This document shows positions 1 to 12,960 of a stretch of DNA of 64,000 nucleotides, one piece after another. The stretch is from Camelus dromedarius (Eukaryota): NCBI RefSeq assembly GCF_036321535.1, contig NC_087437.1, positions 53,012,001 through 53,076,000 on the forward strand, read 5' to 3'. Both the position numbers and the translations under genes were made by a program. Position 1 is the stretch's first letter, and each line of letters begins with the position of its first letter. The notes below the pieces were generated by a model that did not search any database, was not told where the DNA came from, and worked only from the letters and a program-made list of their open reading frames with translations.

Positions 1-3000
1 AAATCTCCTTCCAGTTCAGAGACCCAGCGTCTGCATTCAGCCTTGCTTTGGCAGGCTAAAGTGCTGTCCTGAGAAAGTCTCATTGTGACCCCCTCCCACC
101 AGCCTCGTCCATCTAGCTGCACGCCCTGCGTTCTCTGACGGTGAGCAATGGAGGGCCAGTGAGACTGGAAAGTGGCTGCCATCTGTGACAGGGATGATGG
201 AGTCTTGGCGGGGATGTGTGGGCTCAAGGAATGCAGCATTGAAGCCATGTACACACAACCTGCTTAAGAACATCCCATGGGCAGAGAATGTTTTCTTCCT
301 CTTCAGCCCTCCTCTGTTGCTGTGCCAGGCGGGCACAATGGTGCCTTTGAGAGGGGCAGCTGGAAGGGGGTGTTGGCAGAGAGGCTGGGAGCAGAACATT
401 GCAGTGGAGGGGGGAACCGAATTCATTTCCAGGAGCAAACCTGCACTGGGTGCCAGTTTCCGAAACAAAACTGCTGTTTCTCAGAGCTCATGGTGGTGGG
501 TTGCCTCAGAGTTGGACGGAGGGCAAAGCCATTTCCCATCCGCTGCTCCACTCTCCCCAAGTTAAAAAAAAAACCCCAAAAACAACCCTGATGGGTTGAG
601 GATTCTTGCGCTGGGTGCAGATTAACAGGCTTTGCTGTCTGTCTGGGGAGCTCAGGCCAGCTTGGGGTGGATGGGGCTTCCTTGAAGGGACAAACTTGCC
701 TGCAGGCAGAGCTGGGCTGATGGTCGTAGGGACCAGCAGGGCTCAGGAGCAGGCAGGCTTCTGGGACACGAGAGAGGGCTCAGGATGGAGACCCCTTCTG
801 CCTTTCGGAGTCACTTCCTCTGACCCCACAGCAGCCCTGCACCCTTGCTGCCATTTGGGCTCTGCCCACTCACTGTCTTCACTTGCTGGTGGGAAAGAGG
901 TGGGAGAACTCTGGCATTTCCTGTCTTAGGTTCACAGTTGTCCCAGACCCTGGGCTACTTTCAGAGGTCCCAGCAACAGCACAGAGACAGGCGTGGGAGG
1001 TCTTCCCAGTCTTCCCACTCACCGCACAGTTAGGAGAAGGCCTGGGCGCCAGGCTGCAAGCTCAGCCACCACCCACTTCGCGTTATAGATGGAGCGAGGT
1101 GGGGCCCTTACATGCTGGTGGCTTCCAACAAACAGGCATCACTTGAGGCTGGTCAAGTAGTAATTTCTGTTCGCATTCACACTGATTATGGGATTTTTCG
1201 CACTTTGGGTCCGATTGTACAACCAACAGCCATAGAGCAATTACTTCATTTTGGGTACTGTGCTAGACCTGGGGATACAGGATGAATAAGATAGAGTCCC
1301 TGCTTCAGACAGCTGACTGCCTAGTAGATGTGATGCGCTCAGTCCCGAAGGCAGCCCCGCCACCAACTCAGATGCCACATCCATTAGGGGAGAGCAGAAG
1401 TGTAATGCAGAGGCCAGCTCCTACAGGGAGTGCCAAGGCATGGTGGGGACACATGCCACATGGGCTTGGAAGTCAGCTAATCTCGAAGTACTTATCTTTA
1501 GGAGACTCATTTTCCATGCGTAAATAATACACACCACGCAGAGCTCTTGTGAGGATTAAACAAGACAGTGTATGAAGGTGCCAGGACAGGGCTTGTTCAG
1601 GTCAGTGCTCAGTTAAGTGGCTACTATTGTTATGAACTTCTGGATCCCGGTGGACTTGAGATATAATGTGTATGTGTGCACAGAATTTATCTGGTCCTTT
1701 GTTAGGTGATACGCCCTTCCTGAAAGAGTCAATTCTTCTCCCTTCTTATTCCTTTTCTACAGAAGACTAGGATCAGCAAGTTTATGACCTCACTAAGATA
1801 GATAATCAAAGACCAATCCACTATAGCCAGTGAGATATATTTGTATGTAATGTTCTCTGTCTGTTTCATAACCCAGTTGCAGAAGCAGAAAAGGATTGGA
1901 ATAGTTTTCCCTCAAGGTCCCTGAATCTCCTGAGTGTGGAGATGAAGATCATGAATTCTTTTCAATAATCTAAAAAGCCTAAGAGAAATAATACATTTCC
2001 TTACTGATGGGGCCTCACAGGTCATTAATATTTAAAAGATGTATTTGTCTGGTAGACATAACTTAGAGGAAGTTATTCACTAAGAGACCTTAGGGTAGAA
2101 AAGGTAAGCTTGTTGGGGCAGAGGTTAGCCGAGAGAGCTCCCAGGACCCCGCTGTGGAAGTGCCTTCTAGCCGGATATGCTGAGTCATGTGACCCCAACC
2201 TGGGTCTTCTGAGACCTCCTCGGGCCTTGTCTATCCACTGTGCTGTGTATCCCTGCCTCCCTGCTTTGTGAGGGCATAGGCATGAGAAGTCATCCCTGAA
2301 AGTTATTCCAAAGTCCTTGGGGGACACCAAGTATATGTAACCAGGAGTCTGAATACAAAGAAAATCAAAGCAATTCACAAAGAACAAAGGAAATGGAAAA
2401 GAACAAGAAAATAAAAGCATATGGATGCATGGAGGCTTGAAGGGCGACAGGGGGTATGCTTTGTAGGGAATAAAATGAGGGTCATTTAAGAGAGAAAAAG
2501 TTATGTGTCAGAAACTGTAAGCAAACAATGGGATTTTTAAAGAGAAAATTGACAGGAACAATTTCTTCTTAGTAGGCTGAAAGATTTTAAGGATCAGTGA
2601 AAGAAACTTATAGTCAGTGCATGGCTGAAAGAGGTAGAGAAACAGGGAGGATGGAGCTGTGTTTAAAAATGGATAAAGGTTTAGAAACTCAAAGAATCAC
2701 AGAGGTCCTCCAGAGGCCTGCTTTTAAAGAAACAAGGGCTAATATTATTACAGGATTGAAACAAGGCCAACATTATAACAATTATCATAGAACTGATCCC
2801 TGATTGGTGAGATTGTGGGTTACTTTTCCTTTTTGCTTCTCTGTGGTTTAAAATATTCTACCATGGATTCGGATTACTTTTATAATCAAGAAAAGAATAT
2901 AGTGCACCCAGTAGGAGGGAGCAGGAAGAAACTGAGGCTGAGGTATCTGGAGCAGTGAGAACTGTAGGATTGGTAAGGAGAAGACATCTGAAGGGGCAAG

Positions 3001-6000
3001 AGCTGCCTTGGGCGGTCTCACCATGAGGATGGAGCCACCAGACTTGACTGAGGAAGGGAACAGACTCCATGAATGGACAAGGATGTCTAAGGCCCATTCC
3101 AGCCTTTTGACTCTATGGTTTGATGCATGATCAGGTAAACACCTTTTATTTTCTAAGAACTCAAAATCCCTTGCAATGCTCATCTCAGCATTACCTCCCC
3201 CATGAACATGTTTTCATCGCCCTTGGGATCACTGTGGTGGGCTTGATGGGCCGAGTGTTGGGCCAATTTCTACCTTCATCACTCCAAGCTCTGAAAGGTT
3301 CTACCTGCCCAAGCTGAGAAGGGGTGGATGATGCCAGAAGAGGCCAAGGTGCTTGAAGATGTCTTCTTCTCTAATTTAGGAGTGTGTGACACTGCAGGTG
3401 GGTACCAAAGCAGCCACGGGTTCTCTTCTACCACTTACTGGCTGGGTGAACTCAGTCAAATTATTTAACCTGTAAAGTCATTGATTTCCCTCTTACGAAA
3501 AATAATGATATCTTACTGGATCAGAGTAGCCGAAGATACCTGCTAAATCTTAATCTGATTTGTTATTTATTCAGCACATGGCTGTGCTAAATGTTAGTTT
3601 TAGAATTTAGGATTCTCATAGTCAGGGCCCATCTCATGATACAGCTTCAAGATCCCAAGCACAAGCCCCTTTTGTAAAATCACACTTAAAAGCATTGAGA
3701 TGAAACTCTTCGGACACGAAATTAACCATTTTACAATGTATAATTCAATGGCCTTTAGTGCTTTCACTCACACTGTTTTTTCAAAGTTAGAATAACCCAG
3801 TCTTTGGGGATGGCTCCATTTTGCTGTGATAAAAAAGGGCTGCAGTACACCTCTGTGCCCATCCCCTCGTGAGCTTACGGGCAGGAAATTCTCTAGGCCT
3901 AGGACGTGAAGCATCTGCTGGTTCATTCGGCCCACAGTGCATTTTCAGTTCAGCGTTTACTGCCATACTGCTCTCCGAAGGGGTTTTCCGCTCATGCCCC
4001 ACCGGCAGTGTCTGAGTGTGACTATTTCTGCTCCTCCTCCCCATCATGGGTGGGGTGTTCACAGAGCAGGTAAAGGCAATGAACTGGCTCTAGCACCCTC
4101 ACCACGAAGGGATCTCAAGATCTGATGGAGAGTGAGAAAGGCAAGCTGCAGAGCCCAAGAGAGTTGTGGGGAACTCAGTTCCATCTGTAACATTTTCTTT
4201 CTTTGGTTAAAAAGATACTGGAAGGGAATAAAACAAAATACTGACAAATACTAATTCCAAGTGAGGGGGAAATGGGAGTGTTTGGCCTTTGATGTACTGT
4301 TCTCAAACCTTTGTTGTATTTTTAAAAAATCCTCCATTTAAAAGGGGGAAACTGATGTGCAGAGATTCCCAAAATATGCTGGAGAACAGGTTTTCAGGGG
4401 AGCAGTTTCCACATTTGGACTTGCTTTTCCCCCTGCAGAGGTTCATCTTAGTGGAGCTGGCAAGCCATCCCTTGTGAACATTGTTTTAAAGTAGATACTG
4501 TATCAAGGAATTTGGGAAGTTCTTATTTTTAGCCAGTAAAGTGAAAAATTTCCACAGCATATAAAAAAAGTGCTCGCGTCGAAGCCTGTCTGGTTTGCTC
4601 CGCCTAACTGTAACTATAACTATTCACTATAACTCAAAGCCTAGGCAAGGCTATTCCGGGCCTGGGGTGGGGGAGGTGACTCACTGTGTCCCTCCCTCTC
4701 CCCACCCCGACCCATTTATTCAGGTAAAATCAGATTAGAATAAACATCAAGGGCAGCTTTGGAAGGGCAGGGGAGTCAGGGACATCGAAGCCCCGAGAGA
4801 ATGCCTTTGTTCGACCAGGACTGATGACAGCCATGGGGGTGACATGCTGGCATCCTCATTAGAGGCACCCACAACATACTAGCACCCATTTCCGAGGAAC
4901 AGCACCAGCTCTCCCAGCTTCCTCTGCGTGCCTAGAGGGGAGCTTCTAGAGCAAGTACTTGCCAAATTTTTTATTCTCGCTTTTTGATAAATGTAAAAGC
5001 CTCATGCCTGCTTTTAATGTTGCCTGAGATGTTAAAATAAATTAAGGTATGTGACTAAGAGCAGATCAGATAAGCCTCATACCTGGTTGAGAATCTCTGC
5101 TCCAGACTGAAGCGCCAGTACTTCCCTGAAACTCCTGGGTTTTGGGCCAATCTGGAGTTAAAGCCTGACCTGACCACTCAGAGGCTGTGGGCCTCAGGTG
5201 AGCTTCTTGCCTTCTCTCAGCTTCTACCCCCTTCTCTGGAAAGGTGATTTGACACCTGCCACTTGAGGCTGCTTTGTAGATTCTGTGAGGCATTTAGCAC
5301 CATTATCAGTTGCTTAAAAAAAAAAACAAAACTGAAAACTTTAATCTGAATATTAGCCTTGGGAAGTAGGCTAACCCCCTTTCTTCCCATTTCATAGATG
5401 AGAATACTGAGGCTCAGACAACACAGTTCAGCCGAGGAGTGCTAACACCTCTCTGGGCCAAGCCCTATTCGCTGAGCCAGCCCCGGCCAGGTGTGTGCAG
5501 GTGAGCGGTAGATCTGGAGTCACCTCCCCTACTGGAGTCTCTGAGCCCCCAAAACAGTGTCCAGAGTGACTGCCCACGTGGATCCAGTTTCCTCAGCGCT
5601 AGTTAAGTGAGTATTCTATTAACCAGCTCTCCCGGGTTCTGTCAGCTGGGCCGTATGTGAGCTTTATTTCAGGGAAGGGACCAAGTCTCCTAGTTCTCAA
5701 TAAGCCACAAGCCTCCAAGAAACAGGCTGTGTTCCCTGTGAGAGACTTTCAGTGGAGACCTTTCCTGCCTAATCTCATTTAAGCTTTAAGTTTCACCATC
5801 CAAGTTTTACCAAGGTGGACACACAGATGCACATACTTAAAGAAACGAAATAGACTTTACTCTCTGTCCCCCTGAACCCCTTACCTTTGTACCTTTTTGC
5901 AAGTCACTGAACCTCTCAGCCTCAGTTTCCTCACCCATGAAGTGAGGACATTAACATCTGCCCTACATGCTCTGTGGATCGAACTAAAATGAGATGCTGC

Positions 6001-8154
6001 ATGGGAAAACCTTTGGTAAACTTTAGGGAAGTTTTCCTCTGACTCTGTCTCTTTCTGTCCAGCCTGAACCCCTTCCTTCCTCAAATGAGCAGTAGGCCTG
6101 TGCCTCCTGTTCTTCTCAAGCATTTCTCAGCAGACCTGCCCAGCTGTCTCAGCTGAGGGAACCAAATAGCTCCACATTCAGTAAAGGAGGAAAAAACAAC
6201 GCATCCACGTGGAAAAATTCACCAAGTTTCTAGCACTTGTTAGGTAAATCTCTGTTTATTGGGTTCTAAGCTGAACTCCTTCCAGGAGACCTAGAATCTC
6301 CTCTCTCGCAACTTTTCGGCAACGAAACTTTGGTCAACTTACTTAGTGTATCTGAGCCTCAGTTTCCTCATTAAAAAATATGATACTAACCTCGTGGGGT
6401 TATTGTATCAAATGAGGACACATTACAGCATGCAGTCGGAGCATGTGACTTTTTCCTCTTCCCTTGTTACTTTTCTCTCCCTTCTGTTTATCTTTCTAAA
6501 CCTCTATGCCTCAGCTTGCTTTCTGAGACACGGGGACAAGAATACCCGGCCTACTTAGCTCACTGGCTTGATGTGTGACTCAAATAAAGGCTGTGGTGGG
6601 GCTTTGGAAACGGTGACATGCAGTATGAATACCTGTGTGGGGTTATTCTCGAGACGGCTGACCTTGACCTGATGAGCATGCTCCAGGCCTGGGTTATTGT
6701 GTGCAGGGGCCACAAACGGAAGGGCCCTCAACACAGCGTCTTTTACTGCCCTCCCTGAGATCCCTGATGCTCTGCCGTCTACCTGTGGTGCCCTGCAGGC
6801 TCCTAACACCTGTCACTCACGTGCCTCCCCTGTTGTCTCTCTCTCCTCCTCTGGATCACAAGACCCAGGACCGTCCACCCACTGCTCTCTGGATGCAAAA
6901 ATGATGCCTGCCCCAATCCTGTGGGCTGTCAGATACCCCGCCTGTCATATAAGCCTCCCATCCTTAGCCTCTTGAATAAATACTAAAAAGACTCATTATG
7001 GGGAGAGAAGGAAAACAAGAAGTGCTCCCGAAAGCCCCCAACGACCCACAGTATGAACCCCCCCACCCCTCTCTGGAGGCCACCAGCCCCCTCTGCGGTT
7101 GAGGAAGGCCTGCTGCCTACTGGACTCAGAAGGGACCGTGGCACTGCCTGCCGGGAGCTGGGAGCTGGGAGGGCGGGGGGCCCGCGGTGGCAGGGGAGCT
7201 GAGCTGCTCTATTCCGGGCACAGTTTCAAGGCCAGCTGCAGGGAGAACAAGCAGTCGCTGTGTGCCTGCAGCTGGCAGTGGTTAGGCCAGGGCTGTCCCT
7301 CACTCGGGGTATATTTAAAGACACCCCACCAGATGATCATGCCATGGGAAAAATGCACACAGAGCTCCAGCCACGCTCAGTCTTTGGCTCAGCCCTTTCC
7401 TCTTTTGCAGCAGCCCTGGCAGTGAATTTCCGCATCCACAGAGGATGGCAGGCTCCTCAGCCTCTTACAGATGTAGGTGGTCCCACCTGGGGACACGTGC
7501 ATCTGACTCCTGGGCCTCTCTGCCCTGTTACTGGACTGGTTAAAAGTTTTGGGGATTAGCTGGGTCGGCTCCTCCCACCCTGGGGCTGGTAACCCAGCAA
7601 CCGCTGGGGAGAGGCAGGCAGATGAGTCAAAGAGAAGCACAGACTCTCTGGCTTTGTGTTTTGTTTGTGCGAACTCCCTGTGAGCACAGGCTCCTCCCGC
7701 AGGGAGTGGCAGGGCTTTCCCACACTGCTTCGGGCCAAATGCTCCTCCTTCAAGGGATGCCCGGGCCCCACTTGACTGCGATGCTACTGCAGGCTTAGGG
7801 ACAAAGCCGGTGGGCCAGGAGGAGACCATCCTGGCCGAACTCTCTGCCTTTCATTTGTTTTTCTCAAGTGAAAAGAGGCCTGGATCCCACGGGAAGGGCG
7901 GGGCTTGACAGATGAGAACCACAGGGCAAGAGAACCCATGGGCCTGAGGTCCTCACAGCAGAGGTGTGCGTAGAAGTTTGGGCTTTTGGGTGGCCAGAGA
8001 CCAAGGAGACCTTGTAGTGGCAAGCAGGTTTCACGAGAGCAGCCCAGCAGAAGTGGGGTGGGGGGTGGGAGGCTGGCAGCTTATCAAGACGGCTTGCCGT
8101 CTGAGGCAGGCTGCCACCAGCGCCGGGAGAGCCAGTAACACACAAATGCACCAC

Positions 8155-8310
8155 CACCAGCAGCTGTGTAATTTGAGGGGCCCGGTTCCAAATGAAAATG
8201 TAGAGTTCTTTGCTAAAAAATCATTAAGAGTTTCAAGATGGTGACAGGAGAGCATTAAACCGAGGGCCCTTCTGAGCGACTGTACAGGTGTACCCCAGTG
8301 CAGCCCACTG
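8155..8310 (-). mobile_element. hAT-Tip100 element (MER45A-like), opposite orientation to the 33.2-kb copy
   Basis: taatttgaggggccc...aaatgaaaatg...tttcaagatggtgacaggagagcattaaacc...gggcccttctgagcg. Confidence 0.65.
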
Positions 8311-8811
8311 GGTGCCTGGGAGTCAGCTCCCCGAAAGCTGAGGTGGGTGAGCTGGGAGATGACTGGTCACCTCTGGGCTCAACGCCCGGACCCCTCACTC
8401 CTGCAGCCCTGAGGCCATCAGTTCCCAGGCTTTTACCAGGCTTGGGACATTGTCTCCACCCCCATGGTGGCTCTTCTCCCTGCGTGGGCAGCAACTAAGT
8501 CTTGACCTCTCTGCAAAGGGGAGATTGCAAGGCTGTGGTGGGGAGAGGGCTGAAGGTAGGAAGGGTCTGGGGCCTTGGGTCTGTGGGCTTCTAGCTCTCA
8601 GGGCCCCAAGGACTCCCTGGATAGGCTGAGAAAGCAGGCCCCATGACTGGAACCTTCTGGGAGTGAGGCTGTGGAGGAGCTGGGAACAGGATGGAGGCAC
8701 AACAAATGGATGACACTCTGGATCACCTCTTAAGAACCCTAGGGGACATGTCCTGAGGGTGTGTGACAGTCCAAGAACAGAGCCAAGGTCCAGCAAGCCT
8801 TGGGAACTCAC

Positions 8812-8902
8812 CTCCAACTCTATGTGGTCATGGAGTTTCTTGCAGGTGGCTGCGAAGGTCTCCGAGGTGCCAAATTCAAAGTACCACAGCTTATTCTTCA
8901 TC
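8812..8902 (-). CDS. DGKG: DGKG exon (~ex21), 91 nt, phase 2-0: (R)MKNKLWYFEFGTSETFAATCKKLHDHIELE
   Basis: tccag|G acceptor, GAG|gtgagt donor; phase matches the 40351 exon across a 31.4-kb intron. Confidence 0.96.
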
Positions 8903-10249
8903 CTGGACCACGAAGCAGAGAGATGGTTCAGTGTCCTGGGTTTGAAACGGTCGTGTACAACAGCTATGCTGTGGGGGCTGGGATGCCCAAGCCCTCGGCA
9001 GTCCCCAATCCTGTATTTCCAGTGCTTGTCAATCAGATGATCAGGGATAGACTTTTTTTTTTTTTTTTTTTAAACCAACTGTTTTTGCTATGAACTTAGA
9101 GAAAAACCCATTTCTTTCTTAGACACCATGGCTGCTCTGGGTGAACTGCCAGCTGCTCTCTGAACTTCCTGGTCAGAGCAGGAGAAAGGCCTGCTTGCCT
9201 ATGTCTGAATCAAGGGAAGAGTTCCATGAAAGTCAACCAGAGGGGGCAAGTGACAGCAGGCTCTGGTCACAGTCCTTTCTACTACTAATGCAGAGGAACT
9301 TCAATGGTTGGGGCACGAAGGGAGGATCAGACAGCCTTTTGAGACTTGGATGTACAGTCTCAGGACAGAGGAGGGATAGCCCCACATTAATCCAGCTTAA
9401 ATGTGTGCTACTCTGTCTACGCTCTGATTGGGGGAAGCAGAGTGAAGAGAAATAGACACCATTTGCAGGCAAGGTAGAAAGAGAAGGAAAAAGTGAGTTA
9501 TCTGGTAGCAATAGTCCCCTTCCCCCACCTCTTTCTCAACTTAGTCCTTTGCTTAGTCCTTCATTAGGGGTAGACCTTGTCAGATTTGCTTCAGAGTCTG
9601 AGCTCAACATTTTAAGCTTTAAATTTTTTCAACATTTTCCTTATTGGGTGGGGGGAGGGGCAGAAAAACAATGGGGTTCCCACATAGCTGGGAGCTTTGC
9701 AAAGTCAGATGGTGTGGCCTGACACTTGGTCGTTTTGATCAGATGGTCTCACCAGGAAGTGTTTCTGAAGGTATTCCATTCCTTCCATCCCAACTGTCAT
9801 CCCATTATCAGGGGCTGGCTAAGAGAAGGGACACCTGCCCAGTTTATAAGCTGGCAGATTTTGCTGAGGAAGGATTAAACACAATCACATTCCTCTTGGC
9901 ACACTCTTCAGGAGAGAGGAAGCCGCCTCAGATCTGTGGACTAAGAGGAATGGAGCGTTCTTCAAAGGGTAGAAGGCTCTTATTTCTTCCCAGTATTCTT
10001 GAGGCCACAGCAGACGACTCTTCAGAATGACAGACACAACTTTTCTCTCTGCATTTCTCAGAGTCCACCCAGAACTTGAAGATGAGACCATTGCATGAAG
10101 ATTTCTAAGGCCTTGTTAACTGGGAAGTAGCCTTTCAGACTCTAAGTATACAGGAAAAGAGATGATAAATGAGAGAAACAGAATAAGCAAGATTTATAGA
10201 CTGCTGCTCATGAAGAGAGTTAGGAGGGCTGGGGTTATTTTAGGTAGAC

Positions 10250-10797
10250 CAGTGCTCCTCAACCAGTGTGCGGTGGCACAAGTATGCCCCGGATAGCAAA
10301 CTCCGTAGCCCTCAGGATGGCCAGGTTGGGGTGTGGGGCGGGCTGAGCCTGATGCCACAGCTGGCATTGTCATCTGTATGCCAAACAAGTGCTTGTGTTT
10401 TCTGTGCATGCCATGATGTGCACAGGAAACACTGTTCTAGATCACTAGTTCTCCGCATGCACAGTAATGTGAATACAAATCTGAGGGCGTTCATTAAAAT
10501 GCAAATTCTGATTCAGTCGTTCAGGACTGGGGCCTGAGAATTCCTTGTTTGCTAACAAGCTGCTGATGCTGGTCCAGTGATCACACCTGGAGTTGTGAGG
10601 GGACTACGTTTGTGGTTCTCAAACAGTAGTATTCATATGAGTTACCTGGGGAATGTGATTAAAAGGCTGCTCCCTGGGCCCCAATCTGTAGGATTCTACG
10701 TGACAGTTGTGGGGTGGAGCTCAGGAATATGCATTTTAATAAGTGCCCAGGTGATCATTATGCAGGTGGTCAGTTGGTAGGACTTTGAGAAATACTG
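10250..10797. mobile_element. Three abutting hAT-Charlie MITEs (two MER5-like)
   Basis: cagtg...cactg termini, TCTAGA target words at 10436 and 10799, MER5 cores aaaatgcaaattctgattcag and atgcattttaataagtgcccaggtgat. Confidence 0.6.
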
Positions 10798-11253
10798 CTC
10801 TAGATCCCAGTGAAATGACAACCAAGGAAGAGGACAGACCGATTAGCCCTGAAAGAGAGGATTCCTTGGAGAGGATAGAATGAGGGTCAGTGCCTTTCAA
10901 TAGACAATAATGGCAAAAGACCCAGTAACAGGAAAAGCACAGACTGTCATAAATGTCAAGGTTGAGCATTTCTCTCCAGCAGCGAGAGCATCTCTGTAGC
11001 CAGGAGACTTGCATTATGATTCCGTTTTCAAATATCACTGCTGGTCTGAATCATGACTTTTGAAAGTTATTGCCAGGAGATTTAGAGTTTTAATAAAAAT
11101 TTCCAGAAGCCACAAGCTATTTTTGCCCAGAAGTGGCTCTTCTGATGATCTAATAAGGTTAAGGGGTCATGGTTAGGTCAGTATCGAAGAATGACTGAGA
11201 AGATCAAACAGACTGCTCTTCCATTGCTGGACAGATGTGGCTGTGTAACCTAC

Positions 11254-11420
11254 TGGCTGTGTAACCTCTGGCAAGTTTTTAAGCCTCAGTTTCCTCACCT
11301 GTAAAATGGAGATAATAGTAAGATTCACTTCAAAGGGTAGTTGAGAAGATTAAATGAGATGACTGCAAAGCACCTCACAAGATGCTTGCTGCATAGTAAG
11401 CTCACCAAGAATGTTAGCTA
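11254..11420 (+). mobile_element. MIR SINE (representative; further MIR relics near 5390, 5900, 6340, 13620, 14860, 20030, 27770, 32340, 33500, 33750, 49700, 57660)
   Basis: Core gcctcagtttcctcacctgtaaaatggagataatagta...gattaaatgagat. Confidence 0.85.
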
Positions 11421-11749
11421 CTTAGCTAGTATTTCAATGTCTTCAGTTGGCATGTTTGGATAACATAGTAAGGCAAAAATGACAGATCAAGTTGGGTAGC
11501 CATAGACATTATATATTCAAATTTTTCTACAACAGAAAAATATGTGATCATATTTGTCAGATCATGTGTCTAGACTTTTGGTTAAAGATATACGTTCCCC
11601 ATATGTCTAATCTAACAGATTTTGCCAGAGTCATAGACCACACCCCAATCCTTGGTTAATTGTCTTGACTGGTCACACGAGTGTCCAAAGACATGATGTT
11701 GATTGCGAATATGCTTCTGAGAAAGTACACATTTGGTGTGAGACAAAGT

Positions 11750-12350
11750 ATTTATCAATTCAAGAAACAATCACTGTGCCAGGACTAGATGGAGGTGTAT
11801 TAGGTACAATGAAGAACAAAACACAGCACTCCATGACCCAGGCACCTGGGAAGGGCAGATAAGGAGTCAGACCATAGTGTAGTGAGCTAAGTACTAAGCA
11901 TTGGGAGCACTGAGGAGGAGGGACATCTAATTCTTAGTGGGGCCAGGGGCAGTGAGAGAAAGCATCCTAGTGGGGCGATGCTGGGGTTGCGTTTGGAGGA
12001 AAGTGGAAGGGAATACGGAAGGTGGGGGAAGAACATTCTAGGCAGAGGAAGAAGCCCATGCTTTGGCACAGGGCAAGAGGGCACAGACCTGCTGGAGGGG
12101 ACCTAGAACTCATAGAAAGGTGGGTTGAACAGGGGAGGCTGGAAAGGCAGACAGAAGCAAGACTGTAAAGGCTGGGGATGCCACACTTAGGTGTTTAGCC
12201 TTTATCTTAAAGTTTACAGAGTGTTGTGGACCATTCTTAAGTGGGAATACTGGTGGGGGATGCATGGCAGTAGTGACCTGAACAGATTTGTGCTTTTAAA
12301 AGATCTGTCTTAGATGGCATGATAGATGGCAGGTGCCATTCACTGAGAGA
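11750..12350 (-). mobile_element. L2 LINE relic
   Basis: cactgtgccagg..., gaacattctaggcagagga, cagatttgtgcttttaaaagatc; boundaries approximate. Confidence 0.6.
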
Positions 12351-12770
12351 GGGGACCCAGGAGATGAATTCTCCAGTGGCAGTCCTCTTTGTAACTGAAG
12401 GATGGCACTTCTGTTTTTTTGGCCCATCCATCCATCTATCCATCCATGCATCCAACATTCATCCATTCATAGATCATCTAGTGACCCCTAGTATGGGCCA
12501 CGTACCACAAAGCGCCTGGAGAAAAAGTGATGAATAAGAGAGGCAGGATCTCTGCCTCACAGAGTTTCCATATTTTTAATAGCTTTACCAAGATTCTAAC
12601 ATTTGACCTCTGACCCACAGGAGACTATGTGCTCAAAATCGAAGAGCTTCTATTTCTCCTCTGTTAACTCAGGCACATTTTAGTTAGAAGTAAATAGTTT
12701 CTATTCCTATAGTTCTTTGGTTTTGCACTCTGCTAAACATTTCACATACACTATCTCTTTAGATTCTTTA

Positions 12771-12960
12771 GATAAACAAGGTCCTAATAAACAAGGTCCT
12801 AATGTACATCACAGGGAACCATATTCAATACCTTGTAATGGCCTATAATGAAAAAGAATAGGAAAAGGAATTATATATGTATATAACTGAATCACTATGC
12901 TGTACACTAGAAACTAACACAAATTGTAAATCAACTATATATCAATTAAAAAATAAAAAT
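12771..12960 (+). mobile_element. Older L1 3'UTR fragment interrupting a MIR
   Basis: gataaacaaggtcct...acagggaac...aactgaatcactatgctgtacac...ttgtaaatcaactat + A-rich tail; minus-strand MIR halves on both sides. Confidence 0.8.

Noticed and set aside
1..8811. Next DGKG exon (expected to begin CDGV...LEGIA...)
   Set aside because: Not seen by eye on the minus strand; presumably left of the window (tblastn would confirm)
11238..11267. 14-bp direct repeat tggctgtgtaacct x2
   Set aside because: Simple local duplication at a MIR edge; no array or spacer structure
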